64,000 bases of DNA, from the NCBI RefSeq assembly GCF_009914755.1, contig NC_060929.1; one strand, given 5' to 3'. Below are positions 1 to 16,544 of the stretch, in pieces (positions within the stretch are counted from its first letter, which is position 1; each line of letters opens with the position of its first letter). A program made the position numbers and the translations under genes. The notes beneath the pieces are model-generated. The model saw only the letters and a list, made by a program, of their open reading frames with translations, was not told the origin of the DNA and made no database searches. This DNA is from the human T2T-CHM13v2.0 reference genome, Homo sapiens.

Positions 1-392
1 CCAAGAAACCTTTCTTTACACATCCATAAAAACCACTCCTCGTTTGTTCAAGTTTTATCCTGAGATTGCACCAATTTAGTCCCAAATTCAGGCTCTGCTT
101 CTAATTCTAGTCTTCTTTACATCTCCACCACATCTTCAGTTACTTCATCGCACTGATGTCTTGAACCCCTCAAAATCATCTGTTAGGGTTGGAACCGTCT
201 TCTTCTAAACTTCTGTTAATGTTGATATTTTGACCTCCTGCCATGAATTGTGAATGTTGTTAATGGCATCTAGAATGGTGAACTCTTTTGAAAAGACTTT
301 CAATTGACTTTGCCCAGATTCATCAAAGGAATCACTAGGGCAGCTGAGCACTATGTAAAGTATTTCTTAAATAGCAAATCTGAAAGTCAAAA

Positions 393-945
393 TTACTCCT
401 TGATCCATGAGCTGTAGAATGGATGCTGAATTAGCATCCATGAAAGCAACATTAATCTTCTGCACATCTCCATCAGACCTCTTGGGTAATCAAGTGCATT
501 GTCAATGAGCAGTAATATTTTGAAAAGACTCTTATTCTGAGAAATAGGTCTCAATGGTGGGCTTAAAATATTCAGTAAACCATACTGTAAACAGATGGGC
601 TCCCATCTAGAGTTTGTTTTTTCATTTATAGAGCACAGGAAGAGTAGAAACAGCATAATTCTTAAGGCCCTAGGATTTTCAGAATGGTCAATGAGCATTG
701 GCTTCAACTTAAAGTCACCAGTTGCATTAGCTCCTAACAACAGAGTCGGCCCATCCTTTGAAGCCAGTCATTGACTTCTCTCTAGCTTTGAAAGTCCTAG
801 ATGGCATCTTCTTGCAATAGAAGGCTGCTTTGTTTACATTGAAAATCTGCTGTTTAGTGTAGCCACCTTCATCAATGATCTTAGCTAACTCTTCTGGACA
901 GCTTGCTACAGCTTCCACAGCAGCAGTTGCTGCTTCACCTTGCAC
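393..945 (-). pseudogene. Fragmented Tigger1 transposase
   Basis: Two overlapping frameshifted ORFs with pogo/Tigger transposase motifs; not an intact CDS. Confidence 0.88.
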
Positions 946-1337
946 TTCTAGGTTATGGAGACAGCTTCTTCCTTAGCCTATACTAGGTTTTAATCTTTGC
1001 TAGCTTCCTCACCTCTATCAGCCTTCATGGAATTGAAGAGAGTTGGAGACTTTCTCTGGATTAGGCTTTGGTTTAAGGAAATGTTGTGGCTGATTTGATC
1101 TTCTATTCAGACACAAAAACTTTTCTTCATATCAGTAATAAGCATGTATCACTTTCTTATTATTCATATGTTCACTGGAGTAGCACTTTAATTTCCTCCA
1201 AGAACTATTCCTTTGCATTCACAACTTGGCTAACCAATTGGTGCAAGAGGCCTAGCTTTCAAACCTGTCTCAACTTTCCACATGCCTTCCTCACTAATGT
1301 TAGTCATTTATAGCTTTTCATTTAAAATGAGAGATAT

Positions 1338-1645
<308 letters not shown>

Positions 1646-1647
1646 TT

Positions 1648-1650
<3 letters not shown>

Positions 1651-1694
<44 letters not shown>
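1651..1694 (+). repeat. (GATA)11 microsatellite at the Alu tail
   Basis: Eleven perfect GATA units counted directly. Confidence 0.97.
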
Positions 1695-1696
<2 letters not shown>

Positions 1697-3286
1697 CAAC
1701 TCTTCATTTCACTCAAACTCTTAGAGGCCATTGTGGCATTATTAATTGGCCTAATTTAATATTGTTGTGTCTCAGGGAATAGGGAGGCCTGAGGAGAGAG
1801 AGAGAGATGGGAAACAGCTGATTAGTGGAACTATCAGAACATGCACGTTTATAGATTCGTTTGATAAAGAACTTTTATAGATTAAGTTCTATAGAGAACA
1901 TTTATAGATTAAGTTCTGTTAAGGTGGGTCCAGTTCATGGTGTCCCAAAACATTTGAAATATAATAGTAATATCAAAGATTACTGATCACAGATCACCAT
2001 AACAGATATACAAATAATGAAAAAGCTTGAAATGTGCAAATTACTAAAATGTCACCCAGACAATAAGTGAGCACATACTGTTGGAAAAATGATGCTTATA
2101 GACTTGCTTGATGCAGGGTTGCCACAAACCTTCAATCTGGAAAAAAATGCAATATCTGCAAAACACAGTAAAGCAAAGCACAATAAAATGAGGCATGCCT
2201 GTACAAAATCAATACAAGGCAATATAAAGAAAAAATATCAAAAACAAAAAGAACACAGAAGAAAAATGTGACTAAGGAGAAAAAAAAATCAAATAATAAT
2301 ACATTCATTAAATCATATTGTGAAGCTGTAATAATTAAAACAGGAGGTAGTGACACGAGTAGACAGATAGATGAACAGATTAGTAAATTCAGAAGCTGAC
2401 CCAAAGACATATGTGAATTTAGTATATGGCAAAGATGTCATCTCAAGTCAGCATGAAAAAGAGGTACTGTTTAATAAATGGTGTTAAAGCAGCTAGGAAA
2501 ACATCCAAAAAATGTTTACATCAAATCCATACTTCACACCATATACCAAGATAAATTTCAAATAGAGCAAAAGTTTCAATTCTTACCAAACACTGCTAGA
2601 AACAAAACTTAATAATGTGTACATACTTCCATCATTGGCCATCTATGAGGATATTTGATGCCCCAGCAATTGATAATTTCAACACTTTTAATAATTGCAA
2701 ATCAAATGAGTAGAAATATGACACCTTGTTTTACATTTGCTATTCTCTGGTTACTGCAGTTTAAATATATTTTAATGTGTTTATTGACCATTTGAATTCC
2801 CTCTTTTGTGAATTTGCCTGTTTGAATCTTTGTCTGCTTTTTTATTTTGTTTTATTTGGTTGTTTGTCTTTTTCATATTGATTATTTTAGGATTCCTTTT
2901 TACTTTCTAGAAAGCAGTCCAAGTTTGCTTTGTGTGAGGCAATTAGTTTCTTCTATATCATTACTTATCTTTTAATTGTATATATGGTATATTCTGATGT
3001 GCACCTGTTTTTAATTTTGATGGAGTCAAGTTGTCATTCTTTTCCTTTGTGATTTTTCTTTTTTGTGTCTTGTCGAGGAGGACTTCCTGACCTCAAGGTC
3101 AGAAAGATGTTCTATATTGTCTACAAAGAAGGAGAAGAAAACAGAGAGGAGAAAGAGAAAGGAAAAGAAAATATTTAATTTTTATAGTATATATTTGATT
3201 CCTATAGTATAGCAAAGCACATAAGAAAAATAAAAGGCAAATGACAAACTAAGGATAATATCTGTAATGTATATCACAGGCCAATC

Positions 3287-3570
3287 TTTTTTTTTTTTTT
3301 TTTTTTTTTTTTTGAGACAGAGTTTCCCTCTTGTTGCCCAGGCTGGTGCGATGTTGGCTCACTGTAGCTGTTCAAGCCATTCTCCTGTCTCAACCTCCTA
3401 AGTAGCTGGGATTATAGGCGCTACCACACCTGGCTGATTTCTGTATTTTTAGTAGAGACAGGATTTCACCATGTTGGCCAGGCTGATCTCGAACTCCTGA
3501 CCTTAGGTCATCCACCAGCCTCAGCCTCCCAAAGGGCTGGGATTACAGGCGTGAGCCACCTTTCCCAGCC
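3287..3570 (-). mobile_element. AluS with internal deletions
   Basis: Poly-T followed by antisense Alu; TSD ccaatcttt at 3281-3289 and 3571-3579. Confidence 0.93.
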
Positions 3571-4135
3571 CCAATCTTTATAATATAAAAACAATACTGG
3601 AAAGCCACAAGAATATATAGCAACACAAAAGACAACTGTCAAAATACATTATCAGTTGATAATGATAGAACTGTTGATAGAAAATGAAATACAAAAAACT
3701 TTAATTGGATAATAGGAGAAATACTAATTTAGAATAAGCTATGTTTCACCTAACAGATTAACAAAAACCCTTAAATTTTGACAACAGCCCATTGACAAGG
3801 CAATGGAAAAACAGATACTTTCAGTTATTGCTGATGAGAATATAAATTGGCACGAGGCCTATGGAAGGCAATTTGAAAACTTTTTCTAAATTACAAATAT
3901 ATACAACTGTTTATTCAGCAGTTCTATTTCTGACAATGTATATTAAACTTACATATATGAAAATAAACAATATGCATTGCAGCACTGTGAGAGCAAAAAA
4001 CTGGACTATTTTAAATTATCAACAGGGATCCGATTAGAAAAATTATATCTGTACAACAGCATCCGACGCTGCTGTAAAAAAAGAAAGAGGAAGCTTTCCA
4101 TATACTGATACATAAAGATCTGTGAAATGCATTGT

Positions 4136-4727
4136 ATGTTTTTTGTTTGGGGTTTTTTAATGAAAATTAAGATGTACAATGTGGTGTTTTGATATACATA
4201 CTGAGCTGATTACTACAGTCAAGCTAATTAATATATCCATCTTTTAGTATAGTTGTCTTTTCTCTGTGTGTGGGAGAGTGGTAAGAACACTTAAGATCTA
4301 CTCTGTTAGCAAATTTCAAGTGTACAATACAGTATTAACTATTATGTTGTGCACTGCAGCATTATTCACGATTACCAAGATATGAATAAATTATTATACA
4401 CACACACACGTGGAATATTATTCAGCCTTAAAAAAGAAGGATAGCCTGCCATTTGCAACAACGTGGATGAACCTGTGGAATATTACGCTAAGTGAAATAA
4501 GCCCACACAAAAAAATGCTGCATGATCTCACTTATAGGTGGAATCTTAAAAAGTTGAATTTATAGAAACAGAGAGTTGAATGGTGGTTACCAGGGATGGA
4601 GAGGTGGGGGGAATGGGGAGGCCCTTGTCAAGGGGCACAAAGTTCCAGTTGTATAGGATGAATAAATTCTAAAGGCCTACTATACAGCATGATGGCTCTA
4701 GTTAATAATAATATTGTATATGGGACC
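4136..4727 (-). mobile_element. Old L1MA/L1MB 3' end with 5' inversion
   Basis: Antisense L1M 3' terminus at about 4140-4345 joined to a sense L1M 3'UTR segment at about 4350-4721. Confidence 0.65.
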
Positions 4728-4976
4728 TGTATTGTTAATTTAACAAAGCAACTTGTGGAACAAATGGGTAGGAGACAGAGTTTTGTGCTAGGCAGGGAAA
4801 GAATATATCATTTATTGGTTTGTATTTGCCTGAAGAAACTCTTGGAGAACTCAAAATGAGCTAATTACAGTGGTTACCAATGTGTGAAAAAGGGACAGGA
4901 GGTAAATGAGGAAAAAGATAATGAGGAAAGGGAGGCTTTGCAGACTACACATATTTACATTTTTAAAAATTTTTTA

Positions 4977-5325
<349 letters not shown>

Positions 5326-6254
5326 TTAAAACAACTAAACTCAATAATATTAATTTAGTTCAAAAAATAGAAGCCAAACAATAAAGGTGATACCTTTGGC
5401 TATCTTTCTCCCTGTCTCAGAGTTTGAAAAATTGTAGAGATTCAGTGGAGAGGTGGTCTTCTGATTAAAGTTCTAGTATGATGCTATTTTTATGTGTCAA
5501 AACAAATTAAGTTTCCTATGATGTTTCAGGACAGGAATTATAAATTCAAAATGTTTTTTCTAAAGGATACTATAAAGGGATGAAACAATTTATGGTAAGC
5601 TGAAGCAGTGAAGATATTCCATGCAATACAAAAATATCAACTTCAAATTAGTCTGAAGATCACATATAAAGGGAAGAAAACAACTTTACCACTAAATGAT
5701 CAACCGACAACATGAAGCAGAATATAATGAAATGCATAACATTTTATTATCACATCTATTTTTTGCAATTCAGAAAAACCATAAAGGATATCTTCCAAAT
5801 CTGTAATTTAACACATAACACTGTAACACATTTCTAAAGCAAGTTTTAAAATGAGTCAGCCTTATAAGGCTGAGTGACATTTTGTCACAGATTTAAAGGA
5901 AAATCCTGTCTCTGTTAAGATCTTATAATACATATATAATAAAGAAACGCACAGAATAAGGTTAGACAAATTTGAGAATTTTGTTATCACCTTAACATCA
6001 GGGTGTTAATGCATATGTAACCACAAGTATTAGAACTATTTCTTCCATTATATCAGATGACAAGAAAGGTGCCTGAAAATTGTCTTATTTGTTCAGGTAA
6101 ATTAAATGATGTCAGATCAATGAATGATGTGCTTATCATTATAGAATCTAGATGTTCAGTGTATCATGGGCTAAAACAACATTTGTAATGGTGTGAAAAT
6201 GAAATACTTCAACATCAAAAAGATTCATTTCCCAGAGAGGACTTATTTTTATAG

Positions 6255-6310
6255 TTATTCTTTTTCTGTTGGACTAGCTGGCTTATGATTCTTGTCTGTG
6301 GAAAAAGAAC
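6255..6310 (-). other. Candidate terminal exon (coding part) of an unidentified minus-strand transcript
   Basis: Acceptor ttatttttttcag|GT; the phase-1 frame reads SFSTDKNHKPASPTEKE*; AT-rich unique DNA downstream with minus-strand AATAAA at 5742-5747 and 5320-5325. Confidence 0.4.
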
Positions 6311-7019
6311 CTGAAAAAAATAACTGTCACTGTAATTAAGCACAGCAAAGGTAGAGAAACAAAGGGAGCATTCAAAACGGATAGAGGGGTGGGGAGGGAT
6401 GTCACTGGGGAACATTCTTGTGTTCGTTAGTTCACCTGAAACTAACTCTTAAAGTTGAAGAACTAAATATTGTTCTCATAGAAGCACATACTTGGTGTAC
6501 AAGAAGGAATGACCACAGGATGGGGCCAAAGGCGAAGACAGTTGAAACTCAATGAGCTGAAAAACTTACTATAAAGGGAAAAAAGGAAAGGGACATTCTC
6601 AAGACATTTTACTACAGATCCTGTGGAAGTAATGCCATTTAGTCTTTATTGACTTTTCCTTAAACTTTGGCATTTTTACACTTTTTTTTAACTATTTAAT
6701 TTCAGCAGGTGAGGGAAGAGCAGGAATGCCAAACTCCTGGTGTCTCCCTCAGCACAGGTCCTGCTCCATAAAGGTTTTTGGCCTTGAAAGGTCTGTGGCT
6801 CCACCCAGGGCTGCAAGGATGGATGTCAACTTTGGGCAGAACAAGAGAAACAGGCCCAGGAATGGGAAAGGGTTATGACCACTAACCCTGCTACCATATG
6901 GTCAGATATTTTTTATTCATGAAGAGAAGTTAAAAATCTATATCTCATATATTCTTGATATTTAAATGTTTTTTAAAAGTTGTTCACAGCCTGAGGGTAG
7001 CTAGTTTGCAACCCGTGTG

Positions 7020-7275
7020 CTTTAATAGTAGTAACAGGTAACCCTTATGCAAAACTCCCTATGCACCAGGGGTTGTTCTAAGTATTTTATATATATAACC
7101 TCATTTCAAACTCCTAATAACCACTTGAGGTAAGACCTTTTTATCCCCATATTTAAGATGAGTAAACTGAGGCACAAACAAGTCTATAGCTTGCCCCAGG
7201 TGGCACAGCTGGCAAATGGCAGAGGTAGGACTTGAACCTACAGAGTCCGCTCCAGAATTCATACTCTCAAACACA
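7020..7275 (-). mobile_element. MIR SINE
   Basis: MIR core: atccccat..tt.agatgag.aaactgaggcaca, cttgccc.aggt..cacagct. Confidence 0.8.
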
Positions 7276-7680
7276 AAGATGTTTCTATAAGAAAATTTCC
7301 CCTTCAAAGAGCCAGTTATAAATATTTGTTCAATTATGGAACTAAATCAGCTAACCCTGGCCCTATGCCTACTGATGTATTTCAGGTAAATATTTTTCTG
7401 AAATTATTTTTTAAATTTTTGAGAAATTAATGAGCCATCAGTGTTTCTGAAGGGCCCAATTTGAAAGAGAAGTTATTTTGAAAAACTTAAGCTTACTATG
7501 TATTATTTTCTAGCTGTAAAACATCATTTTGAAAAAATATATATTTTTATGTTTTAGCTACCATGTGTCATTTTGCTTTTGAATAACTTTCTTATTGAAA
7601 ATACTGAACTGATACCAGAAGCCAACTGAAATAATGACTTCTAAGTTTTATTTGAAGATTGAATTCACACTGTTTAAACA

Positions 7681-7997
7681 TTTCTTTTTTTTTCTTTTTT
7701 TTTTTTTTTCTTTTTGAGACAGGGTCTCTCACTCCATCGCCCAGGCTGGGGTGCAGTGGCACAATTACGGCTCATTGTAGCCTCTGCCTCCCAGGCTCAG
7801 ATGGTCCTCCTTCCTCAGCCTCCTGAGTAGCTGGTACTACAGGCATGCATAACCATCCAGCTAATTTTTGGTTTTTTTTGTAGAGACATGGTTTCTCCGT
7901 GTTGCCCAGGCTGGTCGAACTTCCGGGCTCAAGTTATCTACCAACCTCAGCCTCCCAAAGGGCTGGGATTACAAGTGTGAGCCATCACACCTGGACC
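7681..7997 (-). mobile_element. AluJ
   Basis: Antisense Alu with J-type gagacagggtctc and ggctcaag. Confidence 0.92.
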
Positions 7998-8691
7998 ATA
8001 AATACCTTTTTCAAAAACTAGGAGCTCATCTTATATTACACTTTAACTCTTCAAAATTTTGCACTTTATTATCTAATTTTATATTCTTATCAATTTAAAA
8101 TTAGTCAATTTATATATGAAAAACAAAGGGGCTAGAGACTGCTTACTCCTTGTGTGAAAAATGTGGAACTGTCTGGTATGCACCGTGTGGATCTACTGGC
8201 ACCTCACTATGTGTGGAAGTCCTTTCAATTTATTTGTTTCACCTGGGAAGTTTAGTAGCTACTTTGAGAAATGGAATTACCACATCATCCTTTGAGGAGA
8301 GCATAATGTAAAGTTGTCTCAAAACCTGCATTCAACTTGGCATTCAAAGTCATCAAGTCAGACTTCAACAATTCTAAGAATAACTATTAACGTCAGCATT
8401 TCTGGGCATTTTCCTTCCATTCCTAAATTGTTAAAACAGAGATCGAGATCATTATCTCAAACATGTTTATCATGAAGTTCAGATAATATGAAATACTGTA
8501 TAATAATAGTATGTTGCCTCAGAGACATATTTAATTGGGGACTAAAATGTTTGCGTATATTGAGTATATTACTTTTAGTATACAGCGACAATGGCTCATA
8601 TAATGAAAACGATCATCATTGTGATAGAGGGCTCTGAATAAATTCTGTTGATCTTTTCTTAATACTATACAGGCCAGGCTAGTCTCTATAA

Positions 8692-8995
8692 TTTTTTATT
8701 TTTATTATTTTTTTTGAGACATATTTCTCACTCTGTCGCCCAGACTGGAGTGCAGTGGTGTGATCTTGGCTCACTGCAAACTCCGCCTCGCGAGTTCAAG
8801 CAATTCTCTGCCTCAGCCTCCCGAGTAGCTGGGATTACAGGCGCCAATGACCACGCCCAGCTAATTTTTGTATTTTTAGTAGAGACGGGGTTTCACCATC
8901 TTGGCCAGGCTGGTCTTGAACTCCTGATCTAGTAATCCACCCTCCTTGGCCTCCCAAAGTGTTGAGATTACAGTCATGAGCCAGGGTGCCCGGCC
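8692..8995 (-). mobile_element. AluS
   Basis: Antisense dimeric Alu with TSD tagtctcta on both sides. Confidence 0.94.
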
Positions 8996-9092
8996 TAGTC
9001 TCTACATTTTGCAGTAGGAATTTAATTGTGTGCATTTGTGTGAGGTAATGCAATATACGTAACATATTTAATATTCTCTCTCTGTCTCTTTC

Positions 9093-9107
9093 TACACACA
9101 CACACAT

Positions 9108-9155
<48 letters not shown>
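9093..9155. repeat. Compound (CA)n(CG)4(CA)n microsatellite
   Basis: About 60 bp of alternating purine-pyrimidine sequence. Confidence 0.96.
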
Positions 9156-10087
9156 CATACAAAAATGTCCACATGTTATATTGGTATATTTTTCAAAGTA
9201 AATTTATAGTGAACATTTTTCCCATCTTTTATTATCTCACCTGGATGCTTTAAAACAGCCAAAAACTAAAATACAATATCCATGTTGCAATCTGGTTATG
9301 CTTTGGAAGGATAAACATCTATAATAACCTTAAAATATTTTAAAATTATATAAAATAGGTGAATTATTACACTAGCAGCAGTAAAATTTCTTACCAGAAA
9401 AGCTTGATCTAACAGTTGAAAATGCCATTAGCCTTCATGGAAGACAAGAACATGCTCTCTACTTTGCCAACAAACATACAATATAAGTTTTCTTCTACAA
9501 AATAAATTCATATTTTGAAAAGCCATACTTCTGGAGCTTTGATTTACATTTCTGATGGTGGCGAATTAGGAAATTAGACTAAGCACATTAATGAATCTAG
9601 AGGATAGTCATTTTCAGTCCAATAATGATATGAAAGCAGTACCCTACCAAAAGATTATACCTAACTTCACATAAAACTTCCGATATTCTAGAAGATGGCA
9701 CCAACATCTGCAACAGTAATAATAGTAGTGATCCTTTATTCAGCCTTAGTAATTATGTGCAAACTTTATATGCAGTTCATAACTGGCAATGGAAGTAAGA
9801 CAGCATTTGTATAGTGTAAGATAGCAACCTGTCCATGACTGCCTTGGTCACAAAATCTCTGTGTCCTCTGCAGTTCCAGGATGAATATGAGTAACTGCAG
9901 TTGTGTATTTTACGCTAGTGAAAAACATTAAAATTGATGAAAAGGCAAATACAATGTGCTTAACTGATCCCTCCCCTCAAAAATCTAACCCTTGTGTCAT
10001 TTTTTAAAATGGTTAAGAAATAGGTTGACTTTCTGTACAGCATGAAAATTTCTTTGGCTCAAGCCTCCACTAGAAAACCTAAGACAA

Positions 10088-10427
<340 letters not shown>

Positions 10428-10524
10428 TCAACACATGCAAACCATGTGGTGACAAAGCAAAAATAAAAAAATCACTATTTGAAAGTGACCCCAATCAAGG
10501 CACCCAGACTCACTGGTTACTCAC

Positions 10525-10666
10525 AGTTTTTTTTCTTGCCCTTCCGGTGGTGTACACTGTTTTCAGAAGGTTGACTATTCACTCTCCAATGGCATAAGCC
10601 TGTTGCATCATATCTACAGGTGTTACCCTGTAGATAACTTGTATCCGTACCTTTCAGAGATGTTAA
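10525..10666 (-). other. Candidate internal exon (142 nt, open frame)
   Basis: Acceptor tttcttccttacag|, with an in-frame alternative 15 nt upstream; donor T|gtgagt. Reads LTSLKGTDTSYLQGNTCRYDATGLCHWRVNSQPSENSVHHRKGKKKN, phase 0 in and phase 1 out, which matches the 6310 exon. Confidence 0.45.
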
Positions 10667-11132
10667 CTGTAAGGAAGAAACCTAAAAAATTCATTCTGAT
10701 AGAATGACCCTCCATCAGGTCCAATTCTTTCTAAAGAAACCTCTCTTGTAGAGAGTGCTTGTGTGGAAAAGAAACAACTACATTCAGTGTATGCAGAAGT
10801 ATGATCCTCCATACTTACTCTGAGCAGTCTACTTTTTCACTATTAAAGCTCCATCTGTACCTGATATTGCCTATAAGGTCACCACTATCATCTCCAAATT
10901 CAGACTTTTAGCTCGGTACAGCTCCAAATCCTCCTTAGAATAAGCAAGAGTGATTCCCTGAAGTGGCACCGTGAAACGATGTCAAAGCATTAATGTTCCT
11001 CATTAACATAAGATACTGGGGAACATTATTAAAGACAAACACATATGAACAACAAAAGGTAGTTCTCTGCCCCAGAATTTCGACTCCCTCCCTTACTCCA
11101 TGCAATTTCAGCCAGTAAAGAGCTTGGCTTGC

Positions 11133-11426
11133 TTTTTACAAGCAGGGTCTCCCTCTATCGCCCAGGCTGGGGTGCAATGGTGCAACCATAGTTCACTGCA
11201 GCCACAAACTCCTGGGCTCAAATGATCCTCCCACCTCAGCCTCCCAAGTAGCTAGAACTACAGACACATGCCACCATGCCCAGCTAATTTTTTAAAAAAA
11301 AAACTTTTTGTAGACACAGAGTCTCACTATGTTGCCCAGGCTGGTCTCATACTCTTGGCCTCATGCAATCCTCCTGCTCAGCCTCCCAAAGCACTGGGAT
11401 TATAGGTGTGAGCCACTCCACCTGGC
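11133..11426 (-). mobile_element. AluJ
   Basis: Antisense J-type Alu (ctcctgggctcaaatgatcctcccacc). Confidence 0.9.
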
Positions 11427-12442
11427 ATAGCTGGACATTTTTACTGTGCAAATACTAAATATTTGAGTCACCCCTACTACTTTCTCCTATGACCTGGACG
11501 ATGCCAGCACTGAAAGGTAAGTGAGAAGTTTGAGGAAGTCACTGAAAACTCAGTAGACATTCAGGCCTTCATCTGCTTTTTCTTCCAATTGAGCTGGATC
11601 CATGGAGACAGAGTGAACAGCATTGGACAGGAAGCCAAACTTAGCTAGGTAGCACAGAGGTCTTAGATAAAGCAAACAAAGCAGGGCTTTGTGAGGTGAC
11701 AAAAAGGAAATGAGCAAAGTCACACCCTAAGCCCATCCTCCAGGCAGTCCAGTGAGCAGGAAACAAAGCCACAAAACCAATGGCCCCAGTGTTGAGAATA
11801 TACCGTACAGGTGGTCAAAAGGAAGTTCAAGTTAGGTTCTGCCTTTTAACCCACTTCAATGTATTCTAATTGCCTACAGTTGTACTCTAAGAAAATAAGG
11901 GAAGGGACTTCTTACTTTTAAGCTTATATTAAACATCACATATTCATATACTGAAGCTCTTTTTAAAAATAAAATGAGTCTAATCTTACAAAATGTTTTC
12001 TTATATTAACAAAGAAATCTATGAGTAATTGCTAACAGTGCTATTTATTTTAGAAACTGAAAAGAAAAAAAAAATGAAAGACAACTTAAAGATTTACATT
12101 CTGCCCAGATTCTCCTTGTCACTTAGCAAGGATAAACCCAAGCTTTCAGATGTTAAACATTTTTCCTATTCTCAAAATGCAGAGAGGCCACTGTTGATAA
12201 TGAGGACCATGATGGCATTTTAAACCAGAATACTTATTGAACACCTAATAATACCTAGACAATAAGAAAATTACATCTAATCTAAACACTAAGGACAATA
12301 CTATCAATGTTGAGTAGAGCAAAGAAATAGAATATTTACAAACAATTAAAAGTTAAATTATGGAATAAATATTTTTGTCATAGACATTTGGGAAAAATAT
12401 TGAGTGTTTATGTGTGTGTGCATGTGTGCGTGTGTTTGTGTA

Positions 12443-14286
<1,844 letters not shown>

Positions 14287-14396
14287 TCTCTATATATAGT
14301 ACAAAACTATATGTACTCTATATATATACTGCTTAAGTATATAGTACACAGTCATGTATCACTTAATGATGGGATATATATCATCATATGTATATA

Positions 14397-15045
14397 CAGA
14401 TGGCCCCCAGTGATAATGATTTAACTTATAATTTTTTGACTTTTTGATGATACAAAAGCAATGTTTATTCAGTAGAAACTCTACTTCAAGTACCCATACA
14501 ATCATTCTGATTTTCACTTTCAGAACAGTATTCAATAAATTATATGAGATATTAGAATAGGCTTTGTGTTAGATTATTTTGCCCAACTGTAGACTAATTT
14601 AAGTGTTCTAAGCACATTTATGGTAGGCTAGGATGAGCTAGGATGTTTGATATGTTAGGTGTATTATTTTTTAAGATGGAGTCTCGCTCTGTTGCCCATG
14701 CTGGAGTGCAGTGGTATGATCTCGGCTCACTGCAACCTCACCTCCTGGATGCAAGCGATTCTCCTGCCTCAGCCTCCTGAGTAGCTGGGATTACAGGTGT
14801 GCATAATCACACCTGGCTAATTTTTGTATTTTTAGTAGAGATGGGGTTTCAGCATGTTGGTCAGGCTGGTCTCAAACTCCTGACCTCGTGATCTGCCCAC
14901 CTCAGCCTCCCAAAGTGCTGGGATTACAGGTGTGAGCCACTGCGCCTGGCCATTAGGTGTGTTAAATGCATTTTCCTCTTACAATATTTTCAACGTAGGA
15001 TAAATTTATTGGGATGCAGTCCCATCATAAGTGGAGGAGCATCTG
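14397..15045 (-). mobile_element. MER47A-like Tigger-family MITE interrupted by an Alu
   Basis: CAGATG...CATCTG termini flanked by TA; the right end is the reverse complement of CAGATGCTCCTC.ACTTA.GATGGG. Confidence 0.82.
14667..14951 (-). mobile_element. AluS within MER47A
   Basis: Antisense Alu; TSD ttaggtgtRtta. Confidence 0.93.
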
Positions 15046-16544
15046 TATATAGGATTGAGTGTCTAGGTAACGTTTCAGGAAGCACACAGGAAGATCTAAT
15101 TGGTGTGTAAGCAAAGGATAGTAGCCAAGACATCCTGAATCCCCTGAAACAACTCATTCAAAATAAGAGAAATAGGAATGAGTATAGTATGTGTGAAGAG
15201 ACAATGAGTGAAATTAATCTGGGCAAATTAGACTGCATAGATTAGGGAGCAATGAAAAATAAATCTATATAGGTCAGGTAGTCTCCGTCTTGTGTACATA
15301 GCCAAAAACTTGAAATTGATCTCAATACAACATTATAGGTTCTATAAGAGGAGCTGACACAATGGAAGACATGTTTTAGGACACTATGCAGGTTAGGTTT
15401 AGAAAAGGATGACTTAAGTCATGCATATTAGCCATAAGGCTAAATCAAATATTCAGACATGTTGTCATAAAGATATGACCAATAGGACACTTGAAAAGGA
15501 AATGAAAGGGTAAATTTGAGAAACACTGAAAAAGGAGGAAACCCAAGTCCCTAATAGACTGGATATGGAAGAGTAAAAGAACATATGAAAAGTGACTCCA
15601 ACAATCCTTTCAAAATAGAGATGCCTACAGAATACTACCAGAACCTACTGAGAGAAATGGAGAGGTTGAGAAATGTGGCCTTGGATAAGAATGGGGTGGG
15701 ACTTTATTTTTTTATTTACTATAATTTAAAGCAATGACTATGAGCACTCAATACTTCCCTAAATCGCCATCAATGGAAAAAAAAAAAAAAAACATTCTAG
15801 TTCTGAGGAGCTTTTAATGTAGTTTGCCAAAAACGCAATGGATACTGTTAAATGAAATGAAAAGAAACAAAACTAAATGTGAAAACTGTGATAATGAATT
15901 AAATGCTGGTTTTTCTTAATCACTGATATAACCTAAAATAAAGGACTAAGACAGGAAATGGGGGCAGTGGATTAAAATGTCACAAATGGAAAGCAGGATG
16001 CTGAATCTTGAGTTATGCATTGAGAGATTAGAGATAGAGAAGGAAGAACTGAGGTGGAGCCAGCCAGAGCAGAATCTGCTGAGCTATCACAGTGGGCCAT
16101 GTGGCTAGGGAAGCTATGCAAGTAAATCTTAAGTGAAAGGAACAAGCAGTGGAAAAAAGCCTGCCTTAAAGCGAGATTTGCAACAACCAATCCTAGAATC
16201 ACAAACTAGCGAATAGAGGCTACCTTGCAGTACTACTTTTCTTGTTTGCTAACACAAGTATTATCTTATACTTACTATGTGCTTACTCTAGTACTATTCT
16301 CCATAGAGATGGAGGTCTTGTCAACACTTTCTGTACTATTTTTTAAAATAATTACTGTATTCAACACTTTCCCTTGAGAAATGCCACTTGTTTGAGTTGC
16401 TATAGAAAGTTGTACACTTAAGAAAAAAATGTAATAAACTATAAGCGGGTAGAATTCTACTTTGAAACCTACACAGTTCTCTAAGTGGGGTGAGAGGAAT
16501 AAAGGTAGTGAAGAACAAAGTACTTTCAAAAATTTGACCTACTC

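Larger units (their letters stand above)
2210..4960. mobile_element. Ancient L1M (L1ME-like) fragments in both orientations, hosting younger insertions
   Basis: Degenerate L1 ORF2/3' motifs: plus 2300-2580 (ttaataaatggtg, acttcacaccatatacc), minus about 2620-3130, plus 3150-4135 resuming at about 4728. Confidence 0.65.

Noticed and set aside
1850-1918. Short duplication of tttatagattaagttct in Tigger1
   Set aside because: Ordinary slippage duplication in an old transposon.
9695-9814. Plus-strand 39-aa hydrophobic ORF MAPTSATVIIVVILYSALVIMCKLYMQF... with aagATGG context
   Set aside because: Short hydrophobic ORFs are common in AT-rich DNA; no promoter, splice or family evidence.
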